NCBI GenBank assembly: GCA_036785375.1
Contig: JAWMAR010000011.1
Location: 9,424,001-9,488,000, forward strand
Reading direction: 5' to 3'
DNA length: 64,000 nt
Source of the DNA: Leucoraja ocellata
Lineage: Eukaryota
Shown here: positions 26,483 to 39,321 of the stretch, piece by piece
Layout: each line of letters opens with the position of its first letter
How positions within the stretch are numbered: position 1 is the first letter of the stretch
The notes under the pieces: generated by a model
Told to the model about the DNA's origin: nothing
Seen by the model: the letters and a program-made list of their open reading frames with translations, nothing else
Databases searched by the model: none
Translations under genes and position numbers: made by a program

Positions 26483-28361
26483 TAAAGCATAAATTTTGAA
26501 AGTATATAGTAGACATAGTAGAACATGTCTGAATTTAAACATTGAGGGATTTGATCTGCTTTATTTTCAAAATTTTGGGGAAACTTATTGAGAGAAACTA
26601 CGACCATGAAATAGAGTGTCAAGTATATTAAATCCCATTGTTCAGGATTAATGTTCAAAAATACATCCAATACATACTAGAAATTTGGAACATCCTTCTA
26701 AAAATGAATGTTTATCTCGTCATTGCTAATTTGAAATATAAGTGTAATAGATTTTCATTATTGAATGTCAATTTCTAATTTGATAAAGAAGAGTAAAGAT
26801 ATTTGTTATCTAAATGCATTACAGGGTATAAATGCATAGTTAGTACAAGTAGTTAGATCACAGATCACCTAAGCCTGAGGGACTAAATAGCTTTGTTTTC
26901 TGATCCAATGAAGGCAAGTTCAAAGAAGTCACATTTACTAAGTAGTATGCATAAAAAATAATCAGGCTTATCTTTGTGACTATTTGTAATATTTTGAGCA
27001 TGTATATGGTAAAATAAGTCTCTTCCCTGTAGCAGACTATTCCAATTTTAAGGAGGGTTTCCCACTGTTTCCTCTCACCAACATTAACTTTTTATCTTCT
27101 TGTTAAAGCTAAGCACCTTGATATGTTTTCCCAGTTATTGATTTCTACTCTAACCATGTAGGTGGAATTAAATGACTTATTTTACCAAGTTATTATTTAC
27201 CTAAATAGAAGGCAGATGATGCATCTATTTGTGCAAATCAAAGTATATCATTTGCTCATATACCTTTAATTTAATTACCACAACAAATAAAAACGGGTTA
27301 TCATCCTCAAGTAGTAAAAAAAAACAACTTTATTTTTCTTCTGTTCAGCTTCGTGCTTCAAATAATCATTGTGACCTCTTTACATCAGTGAGCTTCTACT
27401 TCATCGCAGATGATTAACTATAGAAAGAAGGGTCTAGTACAATTGAAAGTTGAATTTCACAATGTTACCCACCCCCAACAATGTCTGGAATCAGAAGATG
27501 GTGTGGAGTAGTTCAAGTTCACATGTCCATTCTAACAAATGGAATTCAGAAATGCAGACTTAGAGGCTACAAAATGAACAAATGTATAAACACATGACAG
27601 AAAAAAATTTGTGTTACCAGTAAAATTTCTATATCATCTTGAGATACATTCAATATTTCAGAGGTTAATGTGTTGAATTACGACTTGGCTTGCAGCAGCA
27701 ACACTTTCTGCCAGCAGAAAACAAATGTTCTGCCAGAAGCCGGCAATTTAAATGCATTAATAATGCACAATGAGTAAATCATGCTCACTTCAGTGACCAT
27801 GTTTCCCAGCTTTTGGTTAAGTGCAATCAATAAGAAGCATATCCAGCAGCAAACTATGAAAATCAAGTGTATCCCTATTATGCTTTATCATTTACTGCGA
27901 TATGCCGCACCTAACATTTTCTGGGGATGGTGCATAGGCCGAGACAATCTGAATGCTCTTACAGATAACATGATCTTCAAATTTACCACATATCTAATGC
28001 TCAAGTAATCAGTTACTAAGACAGTTTTTGGCCAGAACTACTACAAATGAAATGGTGGGAAAAATTCTGGTTAGAATCACAAACGTGCTGCTAATAATAT
28101 CATTGTCATTTCTAGTTAGTAACCATTTGTGTAACATCTCGTTGAGTAAGGCTCTCTTCCTCAGAAGTAATTTCATCACCCAATATGAGTCAAATTGCAC
28201 AAATAAAGAACAAATTTCCATACACTTTATTTTGTAGTAGTAATCTCATCAGCTGTTTTGTAGTATATGTACTGAATGAATAAATTAAATAAATATACAC
28301 TGCTTTGCCATGGTGGTGGGTATCAGGACAAATGGATTAGCAGATTAATTTGAAGCCAATT

Positions 28362-28442
28362 AGACAATAGGCAATAGGTGCAGGAGTAGGCCATTTGGCC
28401 CTTCGAGCCAGCACCGCCATTCAATGTGATCATGGTTGATCA
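28362..28442 (-). mobile_element. Very short CR1 3' tail
   Basis: AATAGGTGCAGGAGTAGGCCATT.GGCCCTTCGAGCC; the same tail occurs at 7608-7659 and 52494-52644. Confidence 0.85.
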
Positions 28443-28448
28443 TTTATT
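28443..28448 (-). promoter_or_regulatory. Candidate polyadenylation signal for the BEN isoform
   Basis: Plus-strand TTTATT (AATAAA on minus) is the first canonical signal after the BEN exon stop. The background is AT-rich, so this is weak on its own. Confidence 0.4.
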
Positions 28449-28678
28449 CAAATAATTATATTATGATGGGAACAAACTGAAATGGATTGAAATTTCAGGT
28501 TGTCATTTCCTGGTAGAATCAATTGATTTGGGGTTGTTTGACATTATTGATGTGGACAATACAAACATTTCCTCCTTTTTTGGTGAGCGTGCACATCCAT
28601 CAACACCAGCTTCCATCTTCTCTCCTTCTTCAGTATTAGCCCCATGATTTCCACTGTGCAACCCACACAAAACTTCTG

Positions 28679-28815
28679 CTATTTGGGAGCATCTTCAGGT
28701 TTGTCCCGGACTCCCAAAATGTAACGAATCTTTTTTCTGCTGTCACTGCATTTGCTGTTTACCATGGCATAAAATGCCTTGTCCGTCACGTATGCAAACT
28801 TCAGCTGGACATATG
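28679..28815 (-). CDS. BEN-domain exon 2 (C-terminal helices), putative terminal exon
   Basis: Strong acceptor TTCATTTTGTATTTTGCAG|CA (phase 1). Encodes AYVQLKFAYVTDKAFYAMVNSKCSDSRKKIRYILGVRDKPEDAPK*, including the BEN C-terminal N.KC...R(K/R) helix. AATAAA follows on the minus strand at 28443-28448. Confidence 0.8.
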
Positions 28816-29499
28816 CTGCAAAATACAAAATGAACAAACATTAGTTTGATGGATAATCTAAAATAGGATTAATTAAACAAGACACTTCAGTCTTAACATT
28901 GTATCGAGAGTGGATCCAGGCATCCCAAGAACTGGACTAAGTATGAACAAAGTTGTATTACATAATCTTCATATTTGATCTATCCAGGCATTATAGGGAA
29001 GCAAGGATGTCATAGATGGGGTTCAAATATATCCAAAGCTTCCACTGTACACTCACCACGATAACCTCCCAGAGTTTTTGGTTTGCAAAGTTAAAAAATA
29101 AAATATTAGTAAACCATTCAAACAATTCTGAAATAATACACGATTTCCTTGAAATTGGATTGAACCAACATTTATCATCTGAAACATCATTGTGTTGCAT
29201 ACTAGTGCCAAATTGGGTGCTCCTCAAAAAAACAAGTGTGTGATTATGTTAAATATGCAAAAAATGAGTTTCACAGTTCAACATAGCTCCTGACACTCAA
29301 CTGCACAGCAAATAGAGTAGGGCATGTTCTCTATGGCAGGAGAGCAATAACAAAGGCTGTACAGCTGAAACAGAGGAGAGGGAGGGGTAAAAGCTTTGTA
29401 CACGCCAGATCATGTCTTACTACCTTGATCGTTTTTTTGAGGAGATTATGAAGTTGATCGATGAGGGCAGGGCTATGGATGTTACCTACAAACATTTTT

Positions 29500-30138
29500 A
29501 GAAGGCATTGACAAAGTCCACTCCAAAACCAGCAACCCTATCCTAATGCACAGCACTGCTCTAGAGGAGGTAGCAACATTCACATACCTAGGCAGTGTTG
29601 TGGACATCACCGGAGGGGCAGAGGCAGACATAAAAAGTAGGATCAATAATGCTAGGGTGGAGTTTAACATGCTCAGGAAGATCTGGAGCTCAAAACACAT
29701 CTCAATCAACACCAAAATATGCATCTTTAACTCAAATGTGAAACAGGTGATGCTGTATGGATCAGAGACATGGAAAACAACAAAACACACTACAAACTGG
29801 CTGCAAACATTTATTAGCACCTGCCTTAGGAGAATACTCCACATCAGGGGAAAAGAACAAGTCAGGAGCCCATTGACTTACAAATTCGAAGGAGAAAATG
29901 GAGTTGGATTGGACACACCCCCAGAAACCTGCCACAAACATCACCCGGCAAGCCCTGAAATGGAACCCCCAAGGAAAAAGGAAAAGAGGTCGCTCCAGGA
30001 ACAGGTGATGAGGTGCCCAGACAGAAATGTCTGAGAGTGGACTCAACTGGGGAGATCTCGAAAGAACTGCCTACAACCAAGTGAGGTGGAGGACATTTGT
30101 CAATGGCTTATGCGCCCTAGAGGAGCAAAGGACTTATG
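29500..30138 (+). mobile_element. RTE-clade LINE 3' fragment inserted in a degraded CR1
   Basis: LEEVATFTYLGS...DIKSRINNAR..F..L.KIW...TKICIFNSNVK.V.LYGSETW; CR1 RT remnants on both flanks. Confidence 0.88.
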
Positions 30139-30899
30139 AAGATTTGACAAAGTCCCCCATGGTGCGCTGATCCAGAAGATTAAGATGCAAGGATTAATAG
30201 CGGCTTATTTGTATGGATTCAGAACTGATTTACCAATAAAAAACAGAGGATTGTGGTGACAGGTCAACATTCAGGCTGGAGGTCTGTCACCAGCAAAGAT
30301 CCAGTGGAGTTCTGCAGGGAACTGTTGTTTGTGATATACATATAAATGACTTGGATGTAAATGTAATGTAAATGGATAAATAATGTAAATGTAATCTAAA
30401 TGGGCTGGTAAGTAAATTTGCTGTAGGCAAAGCATCTCAGCATATTCTAATGATAATGTTTACAATTGAGTAGTGCAAAGGGAATGCAGGGATTACAAAA
30501 TGTTGTTTGTGGTATGTGCTGAATTTCATTAAGTCCCCATTCATGAGGTTGTTTGCATCTTGGTGGTCCCTATGCTTGCGAGGAGAATTGTTATCTGCAG
30601 CCTGGTGAGGCACTTCACTTGAGGGCTCATCTCCCCTTTTCCTATTTTCCTACCTTTTCTTCATTCCTTTAGCCTAACTGGAGATGAGAGACATTTTTAT
30701 TTGACTACATTTAACTGCTTCAACCCAGTGAAGGAGATAAAGAGAATAGATTGCCCTTGGTGCTGTGCGAGCGGAGGATGGTGTAGATGTGGAATAAATA
30801 AGAGATTGTGTGTGTGGGTGTCTGTGTGCGTACGCAGCAATGAATGCACGTATGTACACGTGTACGAATGTGTGTACGTATATACGCACATGACATGAA

Positions 30900-30903
<4 letters not shown>

Positions 30904-30941
<38 letters not shown>
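30904..30941. repeat. (GT)n microsatellite
   Basis: Pure GT run, preceded by a degenerate purine-pyrimidine tract from about 30807. Confidence 0.97.
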
Positions 30942-30947
<6 letters not shown>

Positions 30948-31304
30948 TTAATATTTTTAATAGTGTTCTGCTCACCTCTTCGTATCTTGCAAGGTCATGA
31001 AATAGCTTGACACATTTCACCTTTGAGCAGGGGTTGTTATTCCTGACAATGCAAATAACTTTCTGCAAGACTTTAAAGGACTTTAAACCTAATGTATTTC
31101 AGATATGAATACATTATCTGCTGTTTAACACAGAACAGTACAGCACAGGAACAAGCCCTTCAGTACTCAATGTTTGGGCCGAACAAGATGCCAAGATTAA
31201 CTCTTACCTGCCTACACATAATCCATATCTCTCAATTCCCTGCGTGTCCATCTGCCTATCTAAAAGTCTCTTAAATGCCACTATTATAACTGCCTCCTCG
31301 ACCA

Positions 31305-31655
31305 CGCCTGTTTCCAACGGGAACGGTGACGGACGCACCACACATCTCTGTCGTCCAGTTTCTGTGGACTTCAACCGCTGGAAGTATAGGATTTCGGTGT
31401 GTGTGCTTTGTCATCATTCCTTACAATGCTATATACGACAGTGATCACAACTTCTACTGAAGTGTGGACGGCCGTTGGCTCACTAGAAGCTCATTCGCCC
31501 TTTGGCAGGTCTTGTTTTTTGTCCTGCTGAGGGTCCACAGCCCCCTCCTCACCTGGCAAACCAGGTGGGGGAGACGGTTTTGTCGCCGACTATCCGACCA
31601 TGGAGCAGGCAGCACGGGATTACATAGTACCCGTGGCGGGGGTACCCCGACCTGA
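31305..31655 (-). mobile_element. GC/CpG-rich inserted repeat, possibly an RTE 5'-UTR-derived element
   Basis: Abrupt compositional block with several hairpins, adjoining a CR1-type tail (31125-31304). Family assignment is tentative. Confidence 0.4.
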
Positions 31656-32173
31656 AATGTACTGCAGTAAATAAAAGATAGGTGGCCTTAAGAGGCTGTG
31701 CAACCCAGGGTAATTAGAATTGTACAGGTCTTTGATCAGACCATTCATGTGTTGTTTGTGTCTCTTGAGGAAATATAAACTTCCTTTCATTGGAGATTTA
31801 CAATATTCCTGGCATGAAGCAGATTCCCAATGAGGAGAGTTTTAAGTTGGTTGGCCCTTTATTTGCAGAAGTTTATAATAATGAAAGGTGAATGAAAAGT
31901 GATTTCATTTAAACATACAAGTTGCTGACTGGGATTCACAGAGTAGATGCTGAAGGAGTGGTTCCTTTTCCTGGAGAGTTTAGAACATGGAGATGTAGAC
32001 AAGATTCAGAATAGAGATGTGGTAACATTTCTGCGTGGTTTGTAAATCATTACACTTCTCCACTCCATAGGCTGCAGTTACCTAGTCATTGTATATATTT
32101 ATGGTAGGATTCATATCTTTTTGGATACTACATGATTCAAGGAAATCATTATTGGTATATTATTTATTATTGT

Positions 32174-32492
32174 GGCACAGTGATGCAACTGGTAGAGCTG
32201 CTGCCTCACAGCGCCAGAGATCCGGGTTTGATCCTCAGGTGTTGTCTATCTGGAGTTTACACGTTCTCCCACTGACCACGTAGGTTTCCTCCGGATGCTC
32301 TAATTTCCTCCCACATCCCAAAGACGCGTGGGTTTGTACGTTGATTGGTATCTGAAAATTATCCCTAGTGTGTAGGGAGTGGATGTGAGAGTGGGATAAC
32401 ATAGAACTAATGTGAATGTGAAATCTATGGTCGTCATGGACTTGATGGGCTGAAGGGCCCGTTTTCCTGCTATATCTCTAAGCCTAAAACTA
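32174..32492 (+). mobile_element. V-SINE-type SINE
   Basis: Same head, core and tail as 3439-3714. Confidence 0.88.
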
Positions 32493-33894
32493 ATTGTCAC
32501 GTGTATGGAGGTGCAGTGAAAAGTTTTGTTTGTGTGCTAGCCATTCAAATAATATTATACATCAATCAATCAAACCATACACAAATAAACGGGTAGTACA
32601 AATAGAAAAAAAGACCAGTGTGCAATATAGTGCTATCAAATTATAGTGTTACAATTACACAAAAAGTGCAGATAAAATAAGTGCAAGGTCGGCACTGAGA
32701 TAGGTTGGAAGATTGGGACGACACCCTATCTTATGGAAGGACCATTCAGTAGTTTGATAACAAGTTGGGCTGAGGATCAAACTATTATCAGATGGAATTG
32801 ATATGGAACAACAGTCTTGACAGACCACATTGTTCTATTTCATATGTTTTAAAATCCTGCTCCAATTAATTGGACCTTTTTTGTAAAATCCAAGTCACAG
32901 AATCATCAATCCAAATCCTTTCACTAAATTAAAATCAATAACTTGCGGGAAAGTTCTTGAATTCAACTGAATCACTTGAATTCTTGACTCACTTGTCAAT
33001 TATGTTCAATTGTCATTTGATTAAAAAAAAAAAAATTGTACTTCAAACTACTCAAAACTGAGGGCACGTATATTTAAACTATATCAATAACATTTTGCGA
33101 GCCTGGAATGAGAATTGCACACATAATATTTATGAAGATACTGAAATCCTACTGTTAAAATTTTCATCCATTGTTACTTTTCTTACTCTTACTGAGGGTA
33201 AATACAATTTTCCACTTCCTGTGGCATGTATTATTATATTATGGTGACACACAATGGCATTATTTAAAGTAGAAGTAGTCAGAAAATGCTGTTGGGGCAG
33301 GTAAGAATCTTGGAATCTCTGGGACTGAGGTCCTGCTCTAAGGTTTCACTGCAGGACTTCGTCATTTTCTTATTCCATTATTTACAATCCCTGCCATAAC
33401 ATGCAGTAGGAGACCAGAGACAGTAACTGGGAAAGATTATGGCTTCATAGGTGGAGTTGAAGTCTATCAATCAGAAAGGCATGTTCCGTTGATCATGAAG
33501 AAAGGCAGCAGTATAAATCAGGTTCTCAAATGACTGTAATCCTCCTGCTGCTGTAAAAATGGTGGTCAGTGCATATGTTGCTTTTTGGAGATGTATTCTG
33601 AAACTTATCCCATTCATTATGGGCATAATGGTCTACATTGAAAGGCCAGAAATATAATACCAGTACCAAATGTTGAACTAACACCAAGCCATTTTAACGT
33701 ATTAAATTTTATTTTTAAATGGATGGGCAAAGATCAGCAGATGTGCTTTCTAGAAATACCTTTTCAATTTTTGGGACCAAATATTAGACCGCTAAATACA
33801 CTGAAAATGTCTCTTAGCTGCTTCATTTATTCCTTGTGGCTTCAATATACAAATGACCATGATTAAAATTTGAAGTGAATGAGGTGTAGTGTAC

Positions 33895-34117
33895 CTTTGA
33901 TTGCATCCAGAACATCAGGATCAAGAGCTGGTCTGGACATGTTGAACCCACTGTTTTTCCCTTTGCCTCGAGCACAATGTGAAGCCAGGTGTTGCTCAGT
34001 GTAAAAGTATTCCAGCAGAGCTCTTGTAAGTTTGCTTGGGTCACTCCTCTCAGCAGGACTGATGAAATTTAAATTAAGGCAACTGACTGATATCCCAGGG
34101 CCAGACTGTGCACCTTC
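33895..34117 (-). CDS. BEN-domain exon 1 (N-terminal two-thirds of the domain)
   Basis: Acceptor TTGTATTACAAG|GAA (phase 0; a nearby CAG|TCT is an in-frame alternative) and donor AAAG|GTACAC (phase 1). Encodes DPSKLTRALLEYFYTEQHLASHCARGKGKNSGFNMSRPALDPDVLDAIK, the typical BEN pattern (R..LL..FF..E.L.S...G...LDP..L.AI). Confidence 0.8.
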
Positions 34118-34639
34118 CTTGTAATACAAGCAATAAGAAAAATTATAGTATTTAAAAGCCAAAGCATATACTTATTCACAGAATTCTGAGTAATAGAGAG
34201 ATGCAATCTAATACAATTGCCCACCATCAACCACCCATTTACCCCGATCCTATAATAATCCCATGTTATGTTATAGCAATTAGAAAGTTTGAGCATTTTT
34301 ACCTCTATATGGAATCCCTTAATTATTTTGCCTACTATTTAAATCTAACTATTTGCGATCTGCTTTACACAGGTTTTTAAGTCCTTGTCCTCTTTCCTCC
34401 TTGAGCCACACCTTCCAAAAAAAGTATCATACAAAATATATGGTCCCATAGGCACCATGCATCCATCTCCTTCTTGGTACCTTGCTTAAAAGAACATTAT
34501 TCACATATGGCCCAAGAGGGCATGTTATACCAGGTTCTTCAATTAGCAGAACCTTTCTCTGCTTCCATCAACTTGCTTCAGCAATAAATGCCCAACAAAA
34601 TCATTAGTGTCCACTTGTGGTAATATACTGGGAGGTACA

Positions 34640-34913
34640 CAGTGTCCTCCATAATGTTTGGGACAAAGACCCATCATTTATTTATTTCCCTCTGACCACC
34701 ACAATTTGAGATTTGTAATAGAAAAACTTCTTTGGTGCTTTAAAAGTATGTTTGGGAGCATTGTCTTGTTGTAGAATAAAAATGTATAAAAATGTCCTTT
34801 AATAAAATCTGGCAATGTGCACTTTAACCACATGTGATCTTTTTCTATTGCACATCTCAAATTGTGGTGTACAGAGACAAATAATAAATTATGGGTCTTT
34901 GTCCCAAACATTA
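34640..34913. mobile_element. Internally deleted derivative of the Tc1 family at 61106-62766
   Basis: CAGTGTCCTCCATAATGTTTGGGACAAAGACCCATC...ATGGGTCTTTGTCCCAAACATTA; the right TIR tip is missing. Confidence 0.85.
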
Positions 34914-35324
34914 GAAACGTTCTAATTTGGCTCTTTTTTCTATTCTTCACAAGCTTATGCCTTTGACATAGTGTTGCCATTCTTTCTTGCAACCATGGCA
35001 ATCCATGTGGCAATTTTAGCAGCAAATCCGGTGTCCCAGCTGAAAATCATCTACTAAAGTCCCAAAACTGAAACTTATTAGTTAACATGCCTTGGTAGAA
35101 TATTAACGGTACAATCATTTTGTAATAGTTATTTCCTCTGCAGACAATGCGACATTCATTTGAATTTAATATGGCTTGATATTTTAAAGTGAAAGCTTTT
35201 AAAATACTTTCCAATAATGTTCAAGAGACCCAGATCTACTATATCTAAGGTATTTAAATCATAGAATCAACAAGTACAAAAGACATCCAATTCCATCATA
35301 AAGTTGTCTGTTCTTTTGGAGAGA

Positions 35325-36450
35325 TAGAATCACGTAGCACCAAAATAATTCCTTTGACTCAACTCATCCATGCAGACCAAGATGTCCCATCTAAGCTAGT
35401 CCCATTTGCCAGAGCCTGACCCATATTACTCTAAACCTTTCCTATCCATGCACCTGTCCAAATGTTTTTTTAATCTGTTCAGTGCCACCCCCCGAGTATA
35501 CTCGGGTCATGGCCAATAGTGAAAAAAAAACTTGGCAGTAAACAGGTTCAATGTTGTTATTGTACCTGGCTCAGCTACTTCTCCTAATAATTCGTTCCAT
35601 ATATCAACTACCCTCTGTGTGGAAAAGTTGAACCTCAGGTCCCTATTAAATCCTTCCCATCTCATCTTAAATCTATCTTCTCTAGTGCTTGTTTCGACCT
35701 ACTATTATCCACATGACTTTATACACCTCTATAAGATCATGCTGCTGCCTAATACTTCAAGGAATAAAGTCCTAACCTGCCGAACCCCTTCTTATAACTC
35801 ATGCCCTTGAGTCCTGGCATCATGCTCGTAAATCTGCTCTGTACTCTTTCCAGATTAAAGGCACCTTTCTTAAATCAAGGCGACCAAAATTGATCATAAT
35901 ACTCCAAGAGCAGACTCACCAAAATCTTGTATAACTGTGAAATAATGTCCCAACTTCTACCCTCAATTCCGTGACTGATGAAGGCCAGCCTGCGAAAAGA
36001 CTTCTTCACCACCCTATCTGCCTGCAACATCACTTTCAGGGAACTTTACACTTGCTCTCACAGATACCTCTGCCTCTACAACACTCCCAAAGCTCTCTCG
36101 TTCACTGTGAATGCCCTGCCATGATTGGACTTCCCAAAATACAACAACTCACACTGATCTAAATTAACCATTCCTAGTCCAAGCTGATCAAGATTCCTTT
36201 GTAAATATTGATAACCATTTTCAGTCTACGCTCCAACCTCGTTTAGTGCCATCTGCAAATTTACATTTTCATCTAACGATAGATGACAAAGAGCAATGGG
36301 CCCAGCACTGATCCCCGAGGCACACCACTAGTTAAAGGTCTCGATTATGAAAAATAACTTTCCACCACCACTCTCTTTATTTCTTTATCCAATCATTAAG
36401 CAAATTCTGTATCCAGTTAGCTAGCTCTCCCTGGATCTCAAGCGATCTGA
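35325..36450 (-). mobile_element. Older degraded CR1-type LINE
   Basis: Minus-strand RT remnants (VPRGSVLGP, KFADG, EYY.QFWSP) and a 3' tail near 35325. Confidence 0.75.
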
Positions 36451-38703
36451 CATTGAGGTTAAGGAGCCATTAGGAGGTAATGACCATAATATGGTCAAGT
36501 TTAATCTACAATTGGAGAGGAAGAAGGGTAAATCAGAGATGTCAGTGTTACCGTTGAATAAAGGGGACTATGGAGACATCAGGGAGGAGCTGGCCAAAGT
36601 TGACTGGAAAGATACCCTAGGAGGGATGACAGTGGAACTACAATGGCAGGTATTTCTGGGAATAATACAGAAGGTGCAGGGTCAGTTCATTCCGAAGAGG
36701 AAGAAAGATTCCAAGGGGAGTAAGGGGCGACCGTGAATGATAAGGGACGTCAGGGACAGTATAAAAATAAAAGAAAAGGAGTACAAGGTAGCAAAGATGA
36801 GAGGGAAGCAAGAGGATTGGGTAATGTTTAAAGAACAACAGAAAATAACTAAAAGGGCAATACGGGGAGAAAAGATGAGGTACGAAGGTAAGCTAGCCAA
36901 GAATATAAAGCAGGATAGTAGCTTCTTTAGGTATGTAAAGAGGAAAAAATTAGTTAAGACCAAAGTTGGACTCTTGAAGACTGAAAAAGGTGAATTTATT
37001 ATGTGGAACACGGAAATGGTAGATGAGTTGAACAGGTACATTGGATCCGTCTTCACTAAGGAGGACACAAACAATCTATACTAGTGGCCAGAGGATCTGG
37101 GGTGACGGAGGAACTGAAGGAAATCCACATTAGGCAGGAAATGGTGTTGGGTAGACTGATGGGACTGAAGGCTGAAAAATCCCCAGGGCCTGATGGTCTG
37201 CATCCCAGGGTACTTAAGGAAGTGGCTCTAGAAATCGTGAATGCATTGGTGATAATTTTCCAATGTTCTATAGATTCAGGATCAGTTCCTGCGGATTGGA
37301 GGGTAGCTAATATTATCCCACTTTTTAAGAAAGGAGAGAGAGAGAAAACAGGGATTTATAGACGAGTTAGCCTGACATCGGCGGTGGGGAAGATGCTGGA
37401 GTCAATTATAAAAGATGAAATAGTGGCACATTTGGATAGCAGTAACAGGATCGGTCCGAGTCAGCATGGATTTACAAAGGGGAAATCATGCTTGACTAAT
37501 CTTCTGGAATTTTTTGAGGGTGTAACTAGGAACATGGACAACGGAGAGCCAGTGGATGTAGTGTATCTGGACTTTCAGAAAGCATTTGATAAGGTCCCAC
37601 ATAGGAGATTAGTGGGCAAAATTAGGGCACATGGTATTGGGGATAGAGTACTGACATGGATAGAAAATTGGTTGGCAGACAGGAAACAAAGAGTAGGGAT
37701 TAACGGGTTCAGAATGGCAGGCAGTGGCTAGTGGGGTGCCGCAAGGCTCGGTGCTGGGACTGCAGCTATTTACAATATACATCAATGATTTAGATGAAGG
37801 GATTCAAAGCAACTAGTAAATTTGCAGATGACACAAACCTGGGTGGCAGTTTGAACTGTGAGGAGGATGCTATGAGAATGCAGGGTGACTTCGACAGGTT
37901 GGGTGAGTGGGCAGATGCAGTTTAATGTGGATAAATGTGAGGTTATCCACTTTGGTAGCAAAAACAGGAAGGCAGATTACTATCTAAATGGTGTCAAGTT
38001 GGGAAAAGGGGAAGTACAACGGGATCTGGGGGTCCCTGTTCATCAGTCAATGAAAGTAAGCATGCAGGTACTGTAGGCAGTGAAGAAAGCGAATGGCATG
38101 TTGGCCTTTATAACAAGAGGTGTTGAGTAAAGGAGCAAAGAGGTCCTTCTGCAGTTGTACAGGGTGCTAGTGAGATCACACCTGGAGTATTGTGTGCAGT
38201 TTTGGTCCCCTAATTTGAGGAAGGACATTCTTGCTATTGAGGGAGTGTAGTGTAGATTTACAAGGTTCATTCCTGGGATGGCAGGACTGTCATATGCTGC
38301 GAGAATGGAGCGGCTGGGCTTGTATACTCTGGAGTTTAGAAGGATGAGACATATAAGATTATTAAGGGTTTGACATGCTAGAGGCAGGAAACATGATCCC
38401 GTTGTTGGGGGAGTCCAAAACCAGGGGCCACAGTTTAAGAATGAGGGGTAAGCCATTTAGAACGGAGACAAGGAAACACATTTTCTCACAGAGAGTTGTG
38501 AGTCTATGGAATTCTCTGCCTCAGAGAGCGGTGGAGGCGGGTTCTCTGGATACTTTCAAGAGAGAGCTAGATAGGGCTCTTAAAGATAGCGGAGTCAGGG
38601 ATATGGGGAGAAGGCAGGAACTGGGTACTGATTGGGGATGATTGGGAATGGCGGTGTTGGCTCGAAGGGCCAAATGGCCTACTGCTGCATCTATTGTCTA
38701 TTG
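36451..38703 (+). mobile_element. 5'-truncated CR1 LINE, ORF2 broken by stops and frameshifts
   Basis: KSPGPDGLHPRVLKE, QHGFTKGKSCLTNLLEFF, VDVVYLDFQKAFDKVPH, KFADD; 3' tail CTATTGTCTATTG. Confidence 0.97.
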
Positions 38704-39321
38704 CAAAACAGTCTACTATGCAGAGGTTTATAGAAGTCCATGTCCTGCACTCATCAGCATAAGCAATTTCTCCCAATCATGAAATTATCTCACAAATAAA
38801 TAAGCAATTCCTTTTTTAAAGTTATGATTAAATTTACTCCACTATTTTCTTATAATCTTAATAAGTTGCAGAGCAAAATATTTTTCGTCGTCACCATTCC
38901 TAAGCCCACATTGACAGTGGTCCATTTGCAAATCACATTACATTTACATCTCTGGTTACCATTCCTACAGTCGATAGAAACACTTTTTCCATCTGAGCTC
39001 TGAAAACGCCTCCAATTTTAACACCTCTAATAAATTTCCTGTTCCCTTTTGCTGTTCGGAGGAAATAAATTATAGCTTCTAACACCTCTCTGCATAACCA
39101 AAGTCATTCAAGTGGCCTTGATGTCTCTCACCAATTCACATGCATGCAAATACTGATTTTTCTTGGAAGACAATTTTATCTTTTGGGTTCACATGGTAAT
39201 CACATATATGCCTCCTTGAAATCTTTCAAGTTGGTAAGCAGCAATTTTCATTTGATTCAGCCTCATTCAAGTATAACTAGCCAATGTAAAGAATCTTTTT
39301 GTATCAAATGATGGTTCTTAC

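Noticed and set aside
15300-28300. Numerous 60-110 aa ORFs in AT-rich intron
   Set aside because: Mostly non-ATG starts, no domain motifs and no coherent splice phases; consistent with chance.
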